Under the pieces are notes generated by a model, which worked only from the letters and a program-made list of their open reading frames with translations, was not told where the DNA came from and ran no database searches. The translations under genes were made by a program, and so were the position numbers. Of a DNA stretch of 64,000 nucleotides, positions 36,064 through 50,435 are shown in pieces; position 1 is the stretch's first letter; each line of letters starts with the position of its first letter. The DNA comes from Podarcis vaucheri (taxonomy: Eukaryota), in the NCBI GenBank assembly GCA_965113315.1, contig OZ220363.1. One strand, given 5' to 3'.

Positions 36064-38668
36064 CATTATAACTGAAACACTCTTTACAACCTCCAGTTTT
36101 ATTTTATACAAGTAAAGAGCTGAAATGAAGGAACAGAGGAGGAAAAGCAAGTGTAGGAGAGCAAAGGAATCCAGTTTTCAAGTACAGTACTTGAGACCAG
36201 CGAGATCTGTTCAAGGAATTCCTGCAGTATTTCAATGCATCCACTGAGTGGAGCTACTCACCACAATATCTGTATGACTATTCTATGCTTCTTTACGGAC
36301 CAATACAGCTCCCAGTGCTCTCCCACTCCACCACCTGCCACAGGATTCCCACTACCACCAGTACCAAGTACCACTGACAAATACGCAACTATTACAGCCT
36401 AGATTACCTTTGGGAGGCAGAATGAATGAGCTGAATTAGGAGTAGGCTTGTGCACCTGAGGGTCTAGTGAGTTGTGCTGTGCACCACAGGGTCAAGGATA
36501 AGAGACATGGCAAGAGACAAGTGGGAGTGCTTGTTATGAAGATGAAAACTGAAATGGCAAGGAGATGGGCAGTGACCTGGTATCAGCCACCACTGGTAAC
36601 ACATCAGGAAACTCAACAGCATCCCACTTGGTGTGAACGATTACCTTTCCAAATTAATTCATCTTCCAGAAAACTGATCAGAAGAGACACTTTAATATGG
36701 TACTAAATTAATAAAATAACCCTGACCATCTGCTGCCATGTCCCCCAGGACCTTTCCTCTTTGTCACCTCAGATTACCTTCTTGCCATTGCTTCTGAAAA
36801 TCATTAAATAAGGAATCAAATCCATCGAGATTCATTGTTCGCTACCTCACTAGATTTTAATTGGAGCAACAGCACTGAATTAGAAAGAGAAGATTAATTT
36901 TTTTAAAAAAAAAACCCTAAACACTTCCATAATCTGCAGCCTTCTTTTGTTTGAAATGAAACTCATTTTTGTCCAGTTGTGCCATCGTTTATATCTGCAT
37001 AAGTATATCCCATTCTATCCTAAACATCTTTGCTTGTGACATAATGCAGCTACAAATAATTATGTATTTAACTACGTTTTACACTATGCTTTGATGTTAC
37101 ACTGCCATAGCCATTCCAGTTACAAAGCCATTTATAAATCCTATACTAAGTACACCCACAGCAAATCTGTGAACAAAGCAAAGTGTATACACAACAGACC
37201 TGAATGAATAGAATCAAGCCTTCTCCCTCAATAATTGCAATGTTTTTGAACTTCTCTCTCTCTCATTTTGCTTACAAGACTGCTGGGCCAGAAAGACCTC
37301 ATCTGCTGAGCTTGTTTACTTGTTCACAAACCTTAATTTGCATCTCTGCATACATACCTATTAGCATATGCAAATTTCTATCACAGGTCTGTGCTTTGAG
37401 TCTTTTAAGTGCTTGATTGTGCCCCTGATAGGGAAGAAGTGGGGGAAAGAACAGGGCAGACTTTTCTGACCTTTTTCTTTATGGTTATGCAATGATTGAA
37501 CTGCAAGGCAAGCTGAAATCTTATCATATATTTCACTATACTAGCAAATCCATCTCAATAAAAGCACCGCAGGGCATCACCATGGAAACTGCACATTACA
37601 AAGAGCAAACAAGGAAGGTATTTGTGGCCCACTACCATTCCTTGATAAGGTTATATCCTTGAATCCAGTTTTATGCTTACAAGTATAGTGTGGATGCCCG
37701 CTAACTCAAGAATACATTGTTGAGTGGCAGTGACTTCAGGTGTTTCCAAATCACTTAATGTCCATCATCAATGAGAGTGCTAGTTTCATAAACAGGCAAC
37801 ACACAACTTCAGGATTGCTCATGCCTGAGGATGTTCTTTCAAGAGTGTTTCTTTCTTACTGCACTAAAACATCACTATTTAGGAAAAGGTAATTCTGTGC
37901 GATGGAACCTTCATTTGGTTAATGTACAACCGTACTAACTGCAATGCAGATACAGTACTGCTCACAGAGAATATCTACTTCCCATAAATGAAAGTATGAA
38001 AACCAGAATGTGCTGTAATTTAGACAAGGAAAGAAGGCACTTGGATTTGATCCTAATAATGCAAAAAATAGAATAGCTGTCAGAAACTGGGGAAATGTTT
38101 AAAAACAACCATAGGTATAAACCAATAAATAATATTAGTATGAAATTGTGTCTCATACCACATCCGCTGTATATTTGCAACTGGGTGGTGGAACTTCCTG
38201 TATGGGACTAAGAGATGCTATCATGCAGATGCACCCAAATTCTCTTTGTGCAAACACACACACGTGATATACTCCCTAACTGATTTTTACCTAAACTGTG
38301 TTGTTGTTGTTTTAGGTCCCAGAGAGGCAACGTTAAAAACAAAAAATGTCTGGTAGCATCTTAAAGACCAACACTGGAAAAGCAAAGGCTGGACCTGGGG
38401 ACCACAGTCCCTGCTGCCCAAGCTCTTTGATATTGCTACCCAAAGTGTGGCAGATGATGGAACTGTGAAAAACAAGTCCAGCATCTTTGTTCAGCCACTA
38501 GGTCTCAAGTGTATATACTGACCTGCACCAAAACACCACAGGGCAATTTAAAGCATAAAAATGTATTAACCACACAACCCAATAACATCAATTATTTCAC
38601 GCTACAGAGCTGCTTTTGCTGTTCCTACGTCATTTCAATTTGGCATGCTATCACCTTTAAACCCTTAT

Positions 38669-38696
38669 TCTCTCTCTCTCTCTATATATATATATA
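38669..38696. repeat. Compound (CT)n(TA)n microsatellite
   Basis: Read directly. Confidence 0.85.
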
Positions 38697-40608
38697 ATAG
38701 CTGTAGCATAGTTAGTACTGTTCTGTGAAGGAACCATACTTTGAGAAACTCAATTCATGGAGTGATCGAAGTCAGTGCAATATTGTGTGCACACAACAGT
38801 GCACTCTCAAGAGGAGTACTACCAGTTCCCCAAAATTAACCTTTTAGCAAATATACATCTAAGATCTGACTGTGTGCGCCAGCATAGTCGCAGATCTAGT
38901 AATGAACAGGATCAGTGGGTGAGCTGCACTGCTGTAGTCCTAGTTTTCAACCAATACATTGCATCTCTTAGACCAGACGTATTTTCACTACTCATCTAAA
39001 AGCACAGCTAGTGTTACAAATAATAGCTTCTTAAGATACATTTTTATACTGGAACTTCAGCTTTCCTTTGTTGTGGCAAATAAAGTAACCTTATTCCCAT
39101 CCTAGCAAACAACATCCTGGATCATACTAATGAATGTAAACTGCACTGCCACTGCATGGATGATACTGCTGCCTGGGGAAATAAACACACTCCCTGAATT
39201 GCAAGTAGCTATTGATTTAGCACACCAAGCAAATGGTTGTACTCTCCCTGGCCCTTTGAGTTGCTTTATCAAACAAGAAATCATATGCATTTTGTGGTAC
39301 ATAACAAAAGAGATAATCTATTTTGGGGGATATGGAATTATAATAAATTATAATGAATTGCTGAATTTACAGTCTTACAACAAGAAGAGAAAAACTCAAA
39401 AAGATTGTTAGTTCCTCTGAAATAAATTAATAGCTTAACTGAAAAATATGTCAAAACTAACAGCACTCTTGAAAGTAACTTATTTTCAAAGTATGGGCTG
39501 TTTTTCATGCCACTATACCAAGCTTAATAATCTCCGAATGTATGCAAAGTGCTCTAGTGCAAGGAACTTAAAAAAAACAAAAACGACAATATATTTCAGA
39601 AAGCAGGATATTCAGTAAGGTTACAGCATTATTTTAGACCAATTCTTAGCGGGTTACCTTCTCTTAGAAAGTACAGAGATCATTTAGAATTAGCCCCAAG
39701 CGCACTTGTCAGGGGCTTGACTAGCTTTTACTTGCTCACTATAGTAAAGAGCCCAAGGCCAGCATTTTTCCAGTTATCAGAGTGATGCCACTACCAACAC
39801 AACTGCAAAGCCGAAATGATTTTTTGGATGATGCAATTTGCAACAGAGGGCAGTAGCAGGCCACAGGAATATAAGATGAGATGACAAGAGTTGCAGCAAG
39901 CAGAGTCAAATCAATCAAAGAAGACAGCAACAAGGTTATCTCAGAATGCTATCTACAGGTCATCAACAACCCATCCTGGACTGTGGGGAAAGAAACCTCA
40001 TTCAAGTACATAGAAGGCTTCCAGCCAGTGATCTGTAAGTAAATGAAGGCGTAAGGAAAACTTAAAATGTTACCTTTGCATCATGAGAGCATCTGTGGCA
40101 TGCACAGATGCAGGTTGCCGGTACAAGACCTGACTCTGAAACTGAAATAATGGCAAAATGGCCCCAGGAAGCCTAGAATGAAACATTTATGCAGTCTGCT
40201 ACTTCCCAGGCCTTCCTTGCAACTCAGGCCTCTTTGGCTAGGAACCGAAAAGATGCACCACAACTTCACAAAAGGACTTTCTAAGCTGCGGTGATCTGAA
40301 AAACTTGAGGTGAAAGACAGAAGGGTGCCTCCACCATTCCATGCACAGAAGCTAACACAAACACTGCCTTCTAGCATATTTGTGCATCCTGCATACACCC
40401 AGAGACAGAAGCATTTGTTGGCATTCTTAATTATGCCACCTGAGGCAGCTACCTCACCCTTACTAATGGTGAAAAAGGGTGCCCCTTGATAAATAGAAAA
40501 TTCATGTGAGCATTGTGAAAGTACCTTATAGCAGCAGCTTCCAAAATTGATTCTGAACTACACATTATATTGAGTGATTAGTCAATATAATCCATACCTA
40601 CAGCATAT

Positions 40609-40981
40609 AGGTAGGGACGTGGGTGGCGCTGTGGGTAAAACCTCAGCGCGTAGGACTTGCCAATCACATGGTAGGCGGTTCGAATCCCCGTGGTGGGGTG
40701 AGCTCCCGCTGTTTGGTCCCAGCTTCTGCCCACCTAGTAGTTCGAAAGCACCCTTAAGTGCAAGTAGATAAATAGGTAGCGCTTTATAGCAGGAAGGTAA
40801 ACGGCATTTCCGTGTGCTGCGCTGGTGCTGGCTCGCCAGAGCAGCTTCGTCACGCTGGCCACGTGACCCGGAAGTGTCTGTGGACAGTGCTGGCCCCCGG
40901 CCTCTAGAGTGAGATGAGCGCACAACCCTAGAGTCTGTCAAGACTGGCCCGTACGGGCAGGGGTACATTTACCTTTACCTT
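40609..40981 (+). mobile_element. Sauria SINE (Squam1), full length
   Basis: Head GGGACGTGGGTGGCGCTGTGG, B box GGTTCGAATCC (40677), (ACCTTT)n tail, 10-bp TSD tacagcatat (40599 and 40982). Confidence 0.9.
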
Positions 40982-42472
40982 TACAGCATATTGAGTCTGG
41001 ACATGGAACACCCTGATCTGAATCCCTGCAACACTATGGTCAAGTAGCCTTGACCAAGTTTCCATCTTTAAGTCTGAAACTACCCCACTAGGTTGCTGTA
41101 AGACTGAAACACTCTGCTCTGAAGTCCTTAAAGAAAGAGGGAAGAGAAACATTAAGCCCTAAAACGGCCCAGAAACAACTGCAGACTAGAAGCCCAGCAT
41201 AAAGAAAACTTATACTTGTCCTGTTCTTTGACAGAAAATGTTTTAATCTGCGATGTAAATTATATTTCTCCAAACCAAGAGTTAAATGTTGTCTTTCTTA
41301 ACATTTAAGGAATGGCAACATTTTCTAGTGGAAAAGTGTTGTTCCACAACCACATGACTCAAAATCAGAGTCATGCTGCTTAAATTTTACACCAAGCTAG
41401 GAAAGCCTATTCTGAAAAGAAGCTTAATTCATGAAATCTGACATTTTCAAATAAATTAACATTTCTAAAAGTCTCTGGAAAATATGCTCCTTTGTGTCAA
41501 TTTAAATGGGTTACAATGCACTACATGGGCTTCATTCTCAGACATTGTTGGGTAAAATTCCACACTTATGTAAATGCAATCTGAACTCTAGCACAAAATA
41601 CTATTTTGAAGACTCTAAACTTTCACTTTAAACTGCTTCAAGCCTTTAGGGATGTAGGCGTGAATTATTATTTTTCCAGTAACCCAATTCACAATAAGAG
41701 GTGGCTCTTTAATCCAAATTATGCACAAAATCCAGCTGCATGTGGAAAACATCCAAACATATTAGTAACCCGGTAATATATGTGCATCTTCATGTATTAT
41801 CCATATAGTAGCCTGTGCTATCATGTCCATCTGTCCTCTTTTATACAGAACAAATGTCTGGTTATTTTACAGAAGATGGTTTTGATCTCCATTGCAGGCC
41901 AGAAAAGGGTATGAGGGAAAGAAGGCAGCAGGATGATTGCCATATTACTTTAAAATCATCACACTTTATGGTTTCTATTTACAGTACTGTATTACTCCTT
42001 TCACACATATACTAAGTTGGATACAGCACCAATATGCTGTGCTTTTCCAGCATGAGATTTGCATAATTTTGACAACTTCCAGACATGCAGCACGTCCATG
42101 AGTGTTTGTGAATATTGTTCAATGTTCACTTTCACAGCCTGTATCTTTCACCAATCTTGCAAAGCAACAACGTGCCTGTAGCCTCAAGTTGACATATGGT
42201 TTCTTGGCTGCAGCAAGATATGGAACATAAATTTACAATTTAGGAAATGGAAGTAAATTTGAATCCAACCCATTGCACTTTCTTCTTAAAGCTTCCCTAG
42301 ATCTTTGGATTAAACCTATATCTCTATAGATGTTGTTGGACTCTACAACTTCCTTCAGACCTGGCCAACATGACCAATTGCCAAAGTTTAAGAGAGATGT
42401 AATTCAGCAATATCTGAAGGGCCACGGCTTCCTCTTTTCTGTTCTAATCATTCCTAGGTCCATTGTCTAAAG

Positions 42473-42607
42473 CACTGTTTCCCAAACTTGGGTCTCCAGC
42501 TGCTTTTGGACTACAATTCCCATCATTCCTGACCACTGGTCTTGCTAGCTATGGATGATGGGTGTTGTAGTCCAAAACAGCTGGAGACCCAAGTTTGGGA
42601 AACACTG
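42473..42607. mobile_element. Palindromic hAT MITE
   Basis: CACTGTTTCCCAAACTTGGGTCTCCAGC...GCTGGAGACCCAAGTTTGGGAAACACTG; perfect TSD gtctaaag. Confidence 0.9.
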
Positions 42608-42907
42608 GTCTAAAGGATGAAATACAGTGGAATTTCTTATTTCTAGAAGTGAATACATTTTAGTTATTATTGCAAAGAAAAACCATATTTGGAGCTCAAA
42701 AAAGATAAGATATTAGTTAGTTAATAAAAGATAAATATTAGTTAATGGTCAAATATGTACATTAAAGATAGAAGATTTTCATGCAGTTCTGCTGAATTAT
42801 ACAGGGACCAAGCTATAAGTGGACACAGGCATGTGCCTCCAATACCATATTATTCTAAGACTAGATTTTAAGTTTTTCATTTTAAAAAGGTAAAAAAAAG
42901 GTCTTAC

Positions 42908-43004
42908 CACTTCTGGAAGCAATTTAATTGCAAGGTCGTGGATGGCTTTGATCACTATACATAGCGAAGACAGGAGAAATATCACACCCAAGATGACACA
43001 GGCG
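42908..43004 (-). CDS. TMEM163: TMEM163 coding exon (ACVILGVIFLLSSLCIVIKAIHDLAIKLLPEV)
   Basis: Acceptor ttttacag|C, donor GTG|gtaaga; 97 nt; transmembrane helix. Confidence 0.95.
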
Positions 43005-46000
43005 CTGTAAAAAAGAAGAAAGGAAGAAATATTTGTAACTCATTTGGGGCTTTGGGGCCTATTGATTGATGGCACACAGGATTCTGCAATGAACATAATG
43101 TTCAGAGAATGAATGTCTTCTGAAGTCCTAGAGGTTGCTATATTGAATGAAGAGAAGCACACTCTGCCCTTTGCCATTGGACAGGAAACCAAAAGCCACT
43201 GGGAAACTGCTCCTCCTGCGTCCCATGAAAAATTATCACTGCAAAGGGAGAAAACATCATAGCAATCTTGCAGAAAAATCATCACTGCAAGGGGGAAGAT
43301 CAGCCTGGCCCCATGCAACAGCAAGGGTTAAATATCAGGTTCTTTTAATCACAAGAACGGAAAAGAGAATCACTGTTAGGAACTCCAAGGTCTGAATTAG
43401 ACATAGGTCGTATGATGCATGCCCTATCAACTAGTAAGCTACCAGAGTCTGAATACCCTCAGGCCTCATGGGAGGCGGGGGAGGGGCAGTTTGACAAGGT
43501 AAATGTGTACAAACTTTCTAGGAAGCGTTTAGCAATTTTCCTGTTGTATTTCCCCCAGTGTTTAGAAGTTTAAACGATACTGTGTAAATAAGATAGAAAC
43601 CTATGCAGAGGTTTCTAAACTGCAATTTAAAGCAGAAACTGTGCTGCACTGCTAATGGAAGTCATTTTTAGGGAGTTCTCTATCTCAAACAAATCCTATG
43701 TAAACAGAACTCCTGGTAACCACGGTGTTTTGAATATCTCCCAGACTATTCTGATAAATGATGCTGTATGATAATTCCTTTTGTAACCAGCATCTGTTTT
43801 CTTTATTATAAGAAATAAAGAAGCAACGATTCTCATCTGGCATTCAGTGTCTTGTCACCTATTGGGAGCGCAGTCTGAGCCTGTTATAATTAGCACAGCA
43901 GTGCGCTACTATTTTTTACCCTGTAGACATTAGCCAATCTGGAGGTTTGGCAGAACATGCAAAATTTACATCAAACTCATTAAAGAGGCTGCAAAGGAGT
44001 CAGCAGGGTTCTGCCAAGCTTAAGAAATGCAAGCTCAAGTTGTGACATCGTCACAACATTTTGTGGCATACCATATTCAGAAATGAAGACATGGGGCCTT
44101 ATGCTAGAGCACATTTGCTGGCGATTCCAAGATGCTAAAGCTCTGTGTTGCTCTCCCAGGAACAACTGTAAGAGCAGGAAGGGAGATTGGCTGCATAGAT
44201 CACTGCAAAATCAGACAGGATTTTTTCACTGATGTTACAGCAAGACTACAGAATTCTGTCACTGGAGAAATGAGGACAAACCTTCCCTGATATTAGGATA
44301 AATATTCAACACTTTGTGAAGGCAGATATCCAAAATAAACCTGCATAAGGTAAGGTCCTCTACCTGTAGCAGAGATTGCACAGCCAGTCACGGGACTGTG
44401 GGACCCTTGGCAAAGCTGATGCACTCAAGAGTGTGTCTATACCAAAATGTATCCTTAGCACTTGGCCCAGCCTCTGCTTCTGCATCAACTCCCAGCCCAA
44501 ACTAGCTTGTTTCCATTTGTTTCTCTAAGCCAAGTCTCACTGATGCAAACAGGAACAGGTGCAAAAAAATATTTTAAAAATCTAATTGGCTCCGATAATT
44601 CCTGAGCCAGTCTTAATTCAGAAATTATCTGTCCACGCCACTGAGAGCTCCCCAAACCCTTTCCTTTCTACCGACACCCATCCACTGATTCTTTGATCCA
44701 CTTTCTTCTCTGCCCCATGTCCTTGGGTGGCAGTTCTCCAGCGGTGGCAGCAAAGAGGGAAGGGAAGAATTTCTGCAAGTAGCAACGCTGTTCTGCCAAT
44801 AGCAGCAGACACAGAAGGAAAGGCCTCTCCATCTTCCCCTCCCATACCTGATATACTACTATGCAGTATGCCAGGCCACAAACAGCCTGTGGAAATGTAG
44901 CTTCCCCAAGGCAGACATTGCAGTAGACCTTGAGAAAATGATATTTCACGTATGTGGCTTACCATTTTCACACAAAAAGCGGAGTTTTAAAATAAGGGTT
45001 TTACTCTCTAACCTAAATTTGGTGCCTCTTTTTCTACCCAGCAGAGAGGAAACATACAAGGAATCAAAATCTGAATAGCTTATTACATCAAAAATCGGAA
45101 GCTTCTGTCCACATCAAATGGGATAAAATGTATAGGAAACTATGGCTAAAATGGAAATTTATGTTTCAGGATTATTAAAATAACAATAATTCTGTGGCAG
45201 CTGCCACAGACATCAGCTATCAGTTTATATTTAGCAGAATACTGACACCTTGGATAGGGTAAAATGCAAACAAAAAAGGAGAGGAGCACTATTATCTTTT
45301 GAATGATTTATCACTCATTCATCATATTTAGCTAGGGCAGCATCTTTTTTAATATACTTGCTGCGAAATTCTGAGGTCATGCAAAATTCATGAGTGTGCC
45401 TGTCTTTATACCTATAGCAGAATATCTTAATGGCTGAGGCACTTCTAAGTGTGCTGATTTCTCTCTGCACTGCAGCTAGAATGTTTTATTGTACACTATA
45501 CTGTTCCAGTGCTAGCAAACAAAAACCTGATAAAACTAGAAAGTCACCCAAAGAGATACATAAGAATGAGAAAACAACATTTTTTACCGAAATTATAAAG
45601 AGCTATACCTAGAGAAAAGCCTGTGAGATACATCTGGGGTGCAAGTTGCCTTTCCCAGCCCCTCTTCACCTACACACACAGCCTCTCTAGGGTCTGGTAA
45701 CCTAAACAATGTGACCTATGATGTAAGGGAGATGCTGGAAAATCAGGTGAAGGCAGTGGAAAATAACTCATTTTTCAAGGATCCCTTCTATTACTGCTCA
45801 ATACACCATGTATAATTCCCTATTCCACGACTTTCTGGGGAGGCAGCCTTGATGGCCCAGCATGGGGTGGGGGAGCAACCAGCACTTCAGACTTCAAAGA
45901 CAACAGGGAAGTGCTTTGCAGCCATGCAAGAAGCTAGGAGTGCAGATGGGAGTTAATCTGCATCCAGAGAGGGCTCTTGAGGAGTGGAGCTTAGGAGCAG

Positions 46001-48167
46001 ACCAGAGTAAAAAGACTTCATCCAGTCCAATCTGATTCGGAGACCTAAAAGGGGACGTCTCTCCACTGCAGTCTTCATCTGGACTTACCCACCCAATATT
46101 GCTTACTTTACTTCTGGTTGTGTTGTTTCATCTTAAACAGGTTGGCTTCAGTTATCAGCATTGCTATGGACAGCTGTTGGTCATTGTTTTCAGGGTCAGG
46201 AGGGAACATTGCCCACAGACAGATTGGATGTATCCTGTGGGTTTTCACCTACTTCATATCAATCGTCACAACTTCCCAGTGGTGGAAGAATCATTGAGCT
46301 GTAGGCCTTAGTAGGGAGAGGTGGGGAAGGGCACCCTAAGCCATCCTATCAGGAGCTGCTGGACCATAGTGCCCACCCCCAACCAGTGGCCAGATTCCTG
46401 TGCATTATCACAACACTAGGGCTCTTTAAAGCATTTTAAATCCAAAAGTGCCAAAATACAACACATGAGAATAAAAACTTCATAGGAGCCTTTGAAGCAC
46501 AACCATCTGTCAAATGCATTTGACTTCACATTCCAGAGCAGCATTCTTAAGTGAAAAGTGATGTCATTATGACCCTTATGCATGGTATCATTGCTCATTG
46601 GTGCCATCAGGGCACAGAAGTTTAGGACCCTATTGAGTAGAATGAGCAAGAGAGCCCCCAAACTGCTATATACATTGCCTTCTCCAGTAAGAACAGTCTA
46701 ATTTTTTTACTTAACTGCACTAACTGTTCTCTGGGAATCTGAACAGAAGTCATCTAAGCCTACATACACACAACTATTTTAAAATCAATGAAGACTGACT
46801 ACTTCGGTGTGTGCTTTCTGTCTAGTCAACCCATAATCTAGATCTATTGCATATATTTTATCCCTAAAATGCACTTCTTGAAAATCAGTTTTATTCCAAA
46901 AATAACAGCTCATTGTAGGTTGATTCCAGATTTCCTAACAATGTATCCATTGGGAAACAGTTGAAAACTGATGTAACAGAAATGGTGCGTGTATATCCAC
47001 ACCTGCTCAATGATGTTGTGGGTGGGCATATACCAAGACTGCAATCACCACTTCCTTCTTCATTCACTTGCAGCATGTGCAGGGAGGAAAAGGAATGGAT
47101 AACCTAATCAGGATAACCACACCATCCCTTTTGGATGGAAGCAGCATGTTGAGGACAAGCATGGATGGTTGTGATTTGGGGGGGGGGATACATTTTTTGT
47201 GCCACTAATTGGCTAGCATATATGCAGTCTAAGAGGGTACTAAAGTTAAGCCGCAACCCACTGGCATTCTTTTTCTGCACACATTTTATCAATACAATGA
47301 ATTTCATGTGTCTCCTGAAGACTGCACACATGACATGCTGACATGCTGCACACATGACAGAGCTTGGTTTACTGGACACAATACATAGTATGTGTTTTGC
47401 AGCAGCTTCCAATTCATGAGACCTAGGAATAGAGCTGCCTGACCTTTGAGATACAAACACTTAGAAACTACATGTGGGAAGTGATAGGGAGCAGTAGCAG
47501 CAGGTTTAAATAGATTGGGGTGAAAGGTTCCCTTCCTTGATACACAAAAAAGGGCAACCTCAATGCTTAACAACTTTTGGGGGAAAGGCAACCTACCGCT
47601 ACTTAATGGTTTGTGCTGAGCACTATTCAAAGAGCGATATGAAATTGCGGAAGAAGTTCCTAAAAATCCAAAATGAGGCCATGAGTATGTCCTCCTTATT
47701 GCTCAAAATTAAGATACAGTGGACTGTAAATAATATATAATGGCAATATGCTCATGAAAGTCATTTTTCACTGACTGACTCCACTTGAATCAATAAAAGT
47801 GCTTTAAAATTACCAAATGTAGGGGATGGATGGGAGAAATTCATGAAAGAGAAAACAGTTAATTGCTGGTAAGATAAGTGATGCATCTCCACTACAATTT
47901 AACAAATGCGTGGAAGCAAACCACATGTCTGAAAATACATCAGTAAGAAGCACCAGGAATTTCAGCTAGCCACAATTTCTGGGTGGCATTTGTCTTGCCT
48001 CTTTAAGCATGCAGCTCCCACCAACACATTACTATGGCCACTGTAGTAGATAAACAATGTTTTGTCTATTCTATAAATCTGAAGTGGCCCAATGTCAAAA
48101 ACCAAACTAGTAACTTCAAAGCAATTATCCAAATAGGCAAATGTCTAGGTGAGCCATCAAAACTAGG

Positions 48168-48306
48168 GCTGGGGTAGGGAACCCATGGCTCTCCATATTA
48201 CGTTGGATCAAACTCCCATCAGCCCCAACCAGTATTGCTTATAGTCCGGAATGATAGGAATTACCAGTCCAGCAACATCTGGAGGACCACAGTTTCCCAT
48301 CTCTGG
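48168..48306. mobile_element. Palindromic hAT-like MITE
   Basis: ggggtagggaacccatggctctcc...ctggaggaccacagtttcccatctctg; internal actcccatca/gataggaat symmetry. Confidence 0.55.
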
Positions 48307-49717
48307 ATTAGGCATCTATAGGATGCTGCTTTTTGTTCTGTTTTGAGTGAATAGAACCCTAAATGTATGTTTATGCCCATGTGATGGTAGCATCCCCTTC
48401 TCTTTCAGATGATTCCTTCATCCTACAAGCAGAGCTGTGATGTCATGATGACCACCTACTGGATAAGAATGAATCTGTAACAGTGTGTGAAGTTGTCTGC
48501 ATCTCTTTGTGAGGCTAGCCCTCAGGCTTTGCAATCTCAAAGGCTTTTCTGTTTTGAGTCATCCCTCTGAAAATTGTTCACCACTCCACTGTTCCATGTA
48601 AGAATATTCAGCAATGTTTTGACGCAACTGCTATTTTACAGTACATCTCTCTCTCTAACCAAAGAGCAAAATGTAGTTTATATAATTTAGCTTCTGTAAA
48701 ATATCCAGTGTGGGATATCTCCCTGTCTAATTATAATCCCGCTGACTTTCCAGCAAACGGAATGTAGTAACAATATGTCTAAATGGGTATATAATAAAGC
48801 CCTTGGTAATTACTACTCTCAGTTCAATCTGCTGAGAGCAGCAGAGGTGTGGCAACAGAATTAAGCATTAAGTAAAAATTAGTGAAGCATGCAAATACAA
48901 TCTGTACAAATGTTTTCACTTAAACTTGCCAGTACATAGATATTATGCTGCCTCCCTCCTTTAGTGCACTCTGCGTAGCAAGATATCTTTCACATGGAGT
49001 TGAAACCAATTTTAGCAGCTCTCCGCATAGTTAATTAGGATATTCACTGAACTGTGATGACATTTTGCTAAATAAAACAAGATTGTCAATATCAGTCAAA
49101 TAACTAGCTAGTCGACTTTGTTAGCTTGTGCTTATCTTACAGCTTGGCTGTCAAAGCTGCCAGAAAAACAGACCTCGTTTTCTTCTAACATAACATTTTT
49201 TTAAAAAATCAACAAAACCTTTTATTCGTATTACAAAGCGATAGCTAACATAGTATGTCAAAATTCTCACGCAACAATTAAGCATGTGCTTCACATTTCC
49301 ATTGAGGTCAATAGGATTTTAGATTGCTGAACCTTTTGACTGCATTGTATCTCTGATTTATGTTCACTGCAAAATGTTCAACATCTTTATTGTGTGTACC
49401 TCAGGAATCTAAACTTCAAGCTATGGGTGAAACAAATTTAAAGACTGTAAGAAGATTATTCAGCTGAGCAAAAGTACTCCAGGCCACCATCAAAATCAGG
49501 AAAGCCAGGTCCAGGTGCAATTTCTGTGGTTATAAAAAGTTAATCAGGAGTTTATTTGTTAAAAGGGAAGGTAAAACTATTCCTCAGAGTTGAGGGAACA
49601 GCTGCACATTTCTAGCTCAACAATCATTTTACCAACACAATCCTATGTGTAGCTACTCAGAAGTCCCACTGAGTCCAAAGTGACTTGCTCACCAGTAAGT
49701 GTGTGCTACAAGGTGCC

Positions 49718-50435
49718 TGTGGGATCAATAATGCCCCTGAGGTCTTCCCCTGGTGCCCATGAAGCTTCAGCCCTGGCCCTGCCACACTGCACCCTGGTCA
49801 TGAGGTGGTTAGGGCTATTGTCTTTTTTCCGCTCTTGAAAAGTACATAGAGGTGAAGGAGGAAGAGTGACCATCTTCCTCACCCATGAAAGAGACACCTT
49901 GTGGACCACTTGTATAACACTGCGCCCATCGCCACTTACTGCAGCAAAAGACTGGACCCGATTGTGGCGTTTGCCTCCTAGGTGGGTCATAAGGAAAGGG
50001 TTCAATGAGTGTGAAGTGATTGGCCAGTGGGAACCCAAGGGGAGGAGTTAGAGTTGGAGTTGTGTGGAAGTCAGTTGCGAGTTGGAGAAGGAAGAGGGAG
50101 GATAAGTCTGTGGGTTGGTCGAGTTGTGTTGTGAGAGAGTGAGAGAAACTGATAGGAGTCAGATAGACAGTTAGGATAATCAGTTAGCAGTTATTAGGAA
50201 AGGTATAGGCAGGTATAGAAACTAAGATTAAGAAACTGACAAGAAAAATTATCTGAAACCATAAACTTGTTAAGGCTTATAAAATAAACTTGCTTATTTG
50301 ATTTAATGTTAACAACTGTCTGGACTCAGTGCGTACCCGAGAGAAACGGGTTAGAAGCAGTGGGGAAGTGATCATAGTGGTGGCACAGGGATCAATAGAC
50401 CATCAAACGTCCAGGGACCTTGTGTGATCGCCACA
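49718..50435 (+). mobile_element. Probable solo LTR (~720 bp)
   Basis: TG...CA ends with inverted termini TGTGG-GATC / GATCGCCACA, a purine-rich interior and AATAAA at 50283; no clear TSD. Confidence 0.5.
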
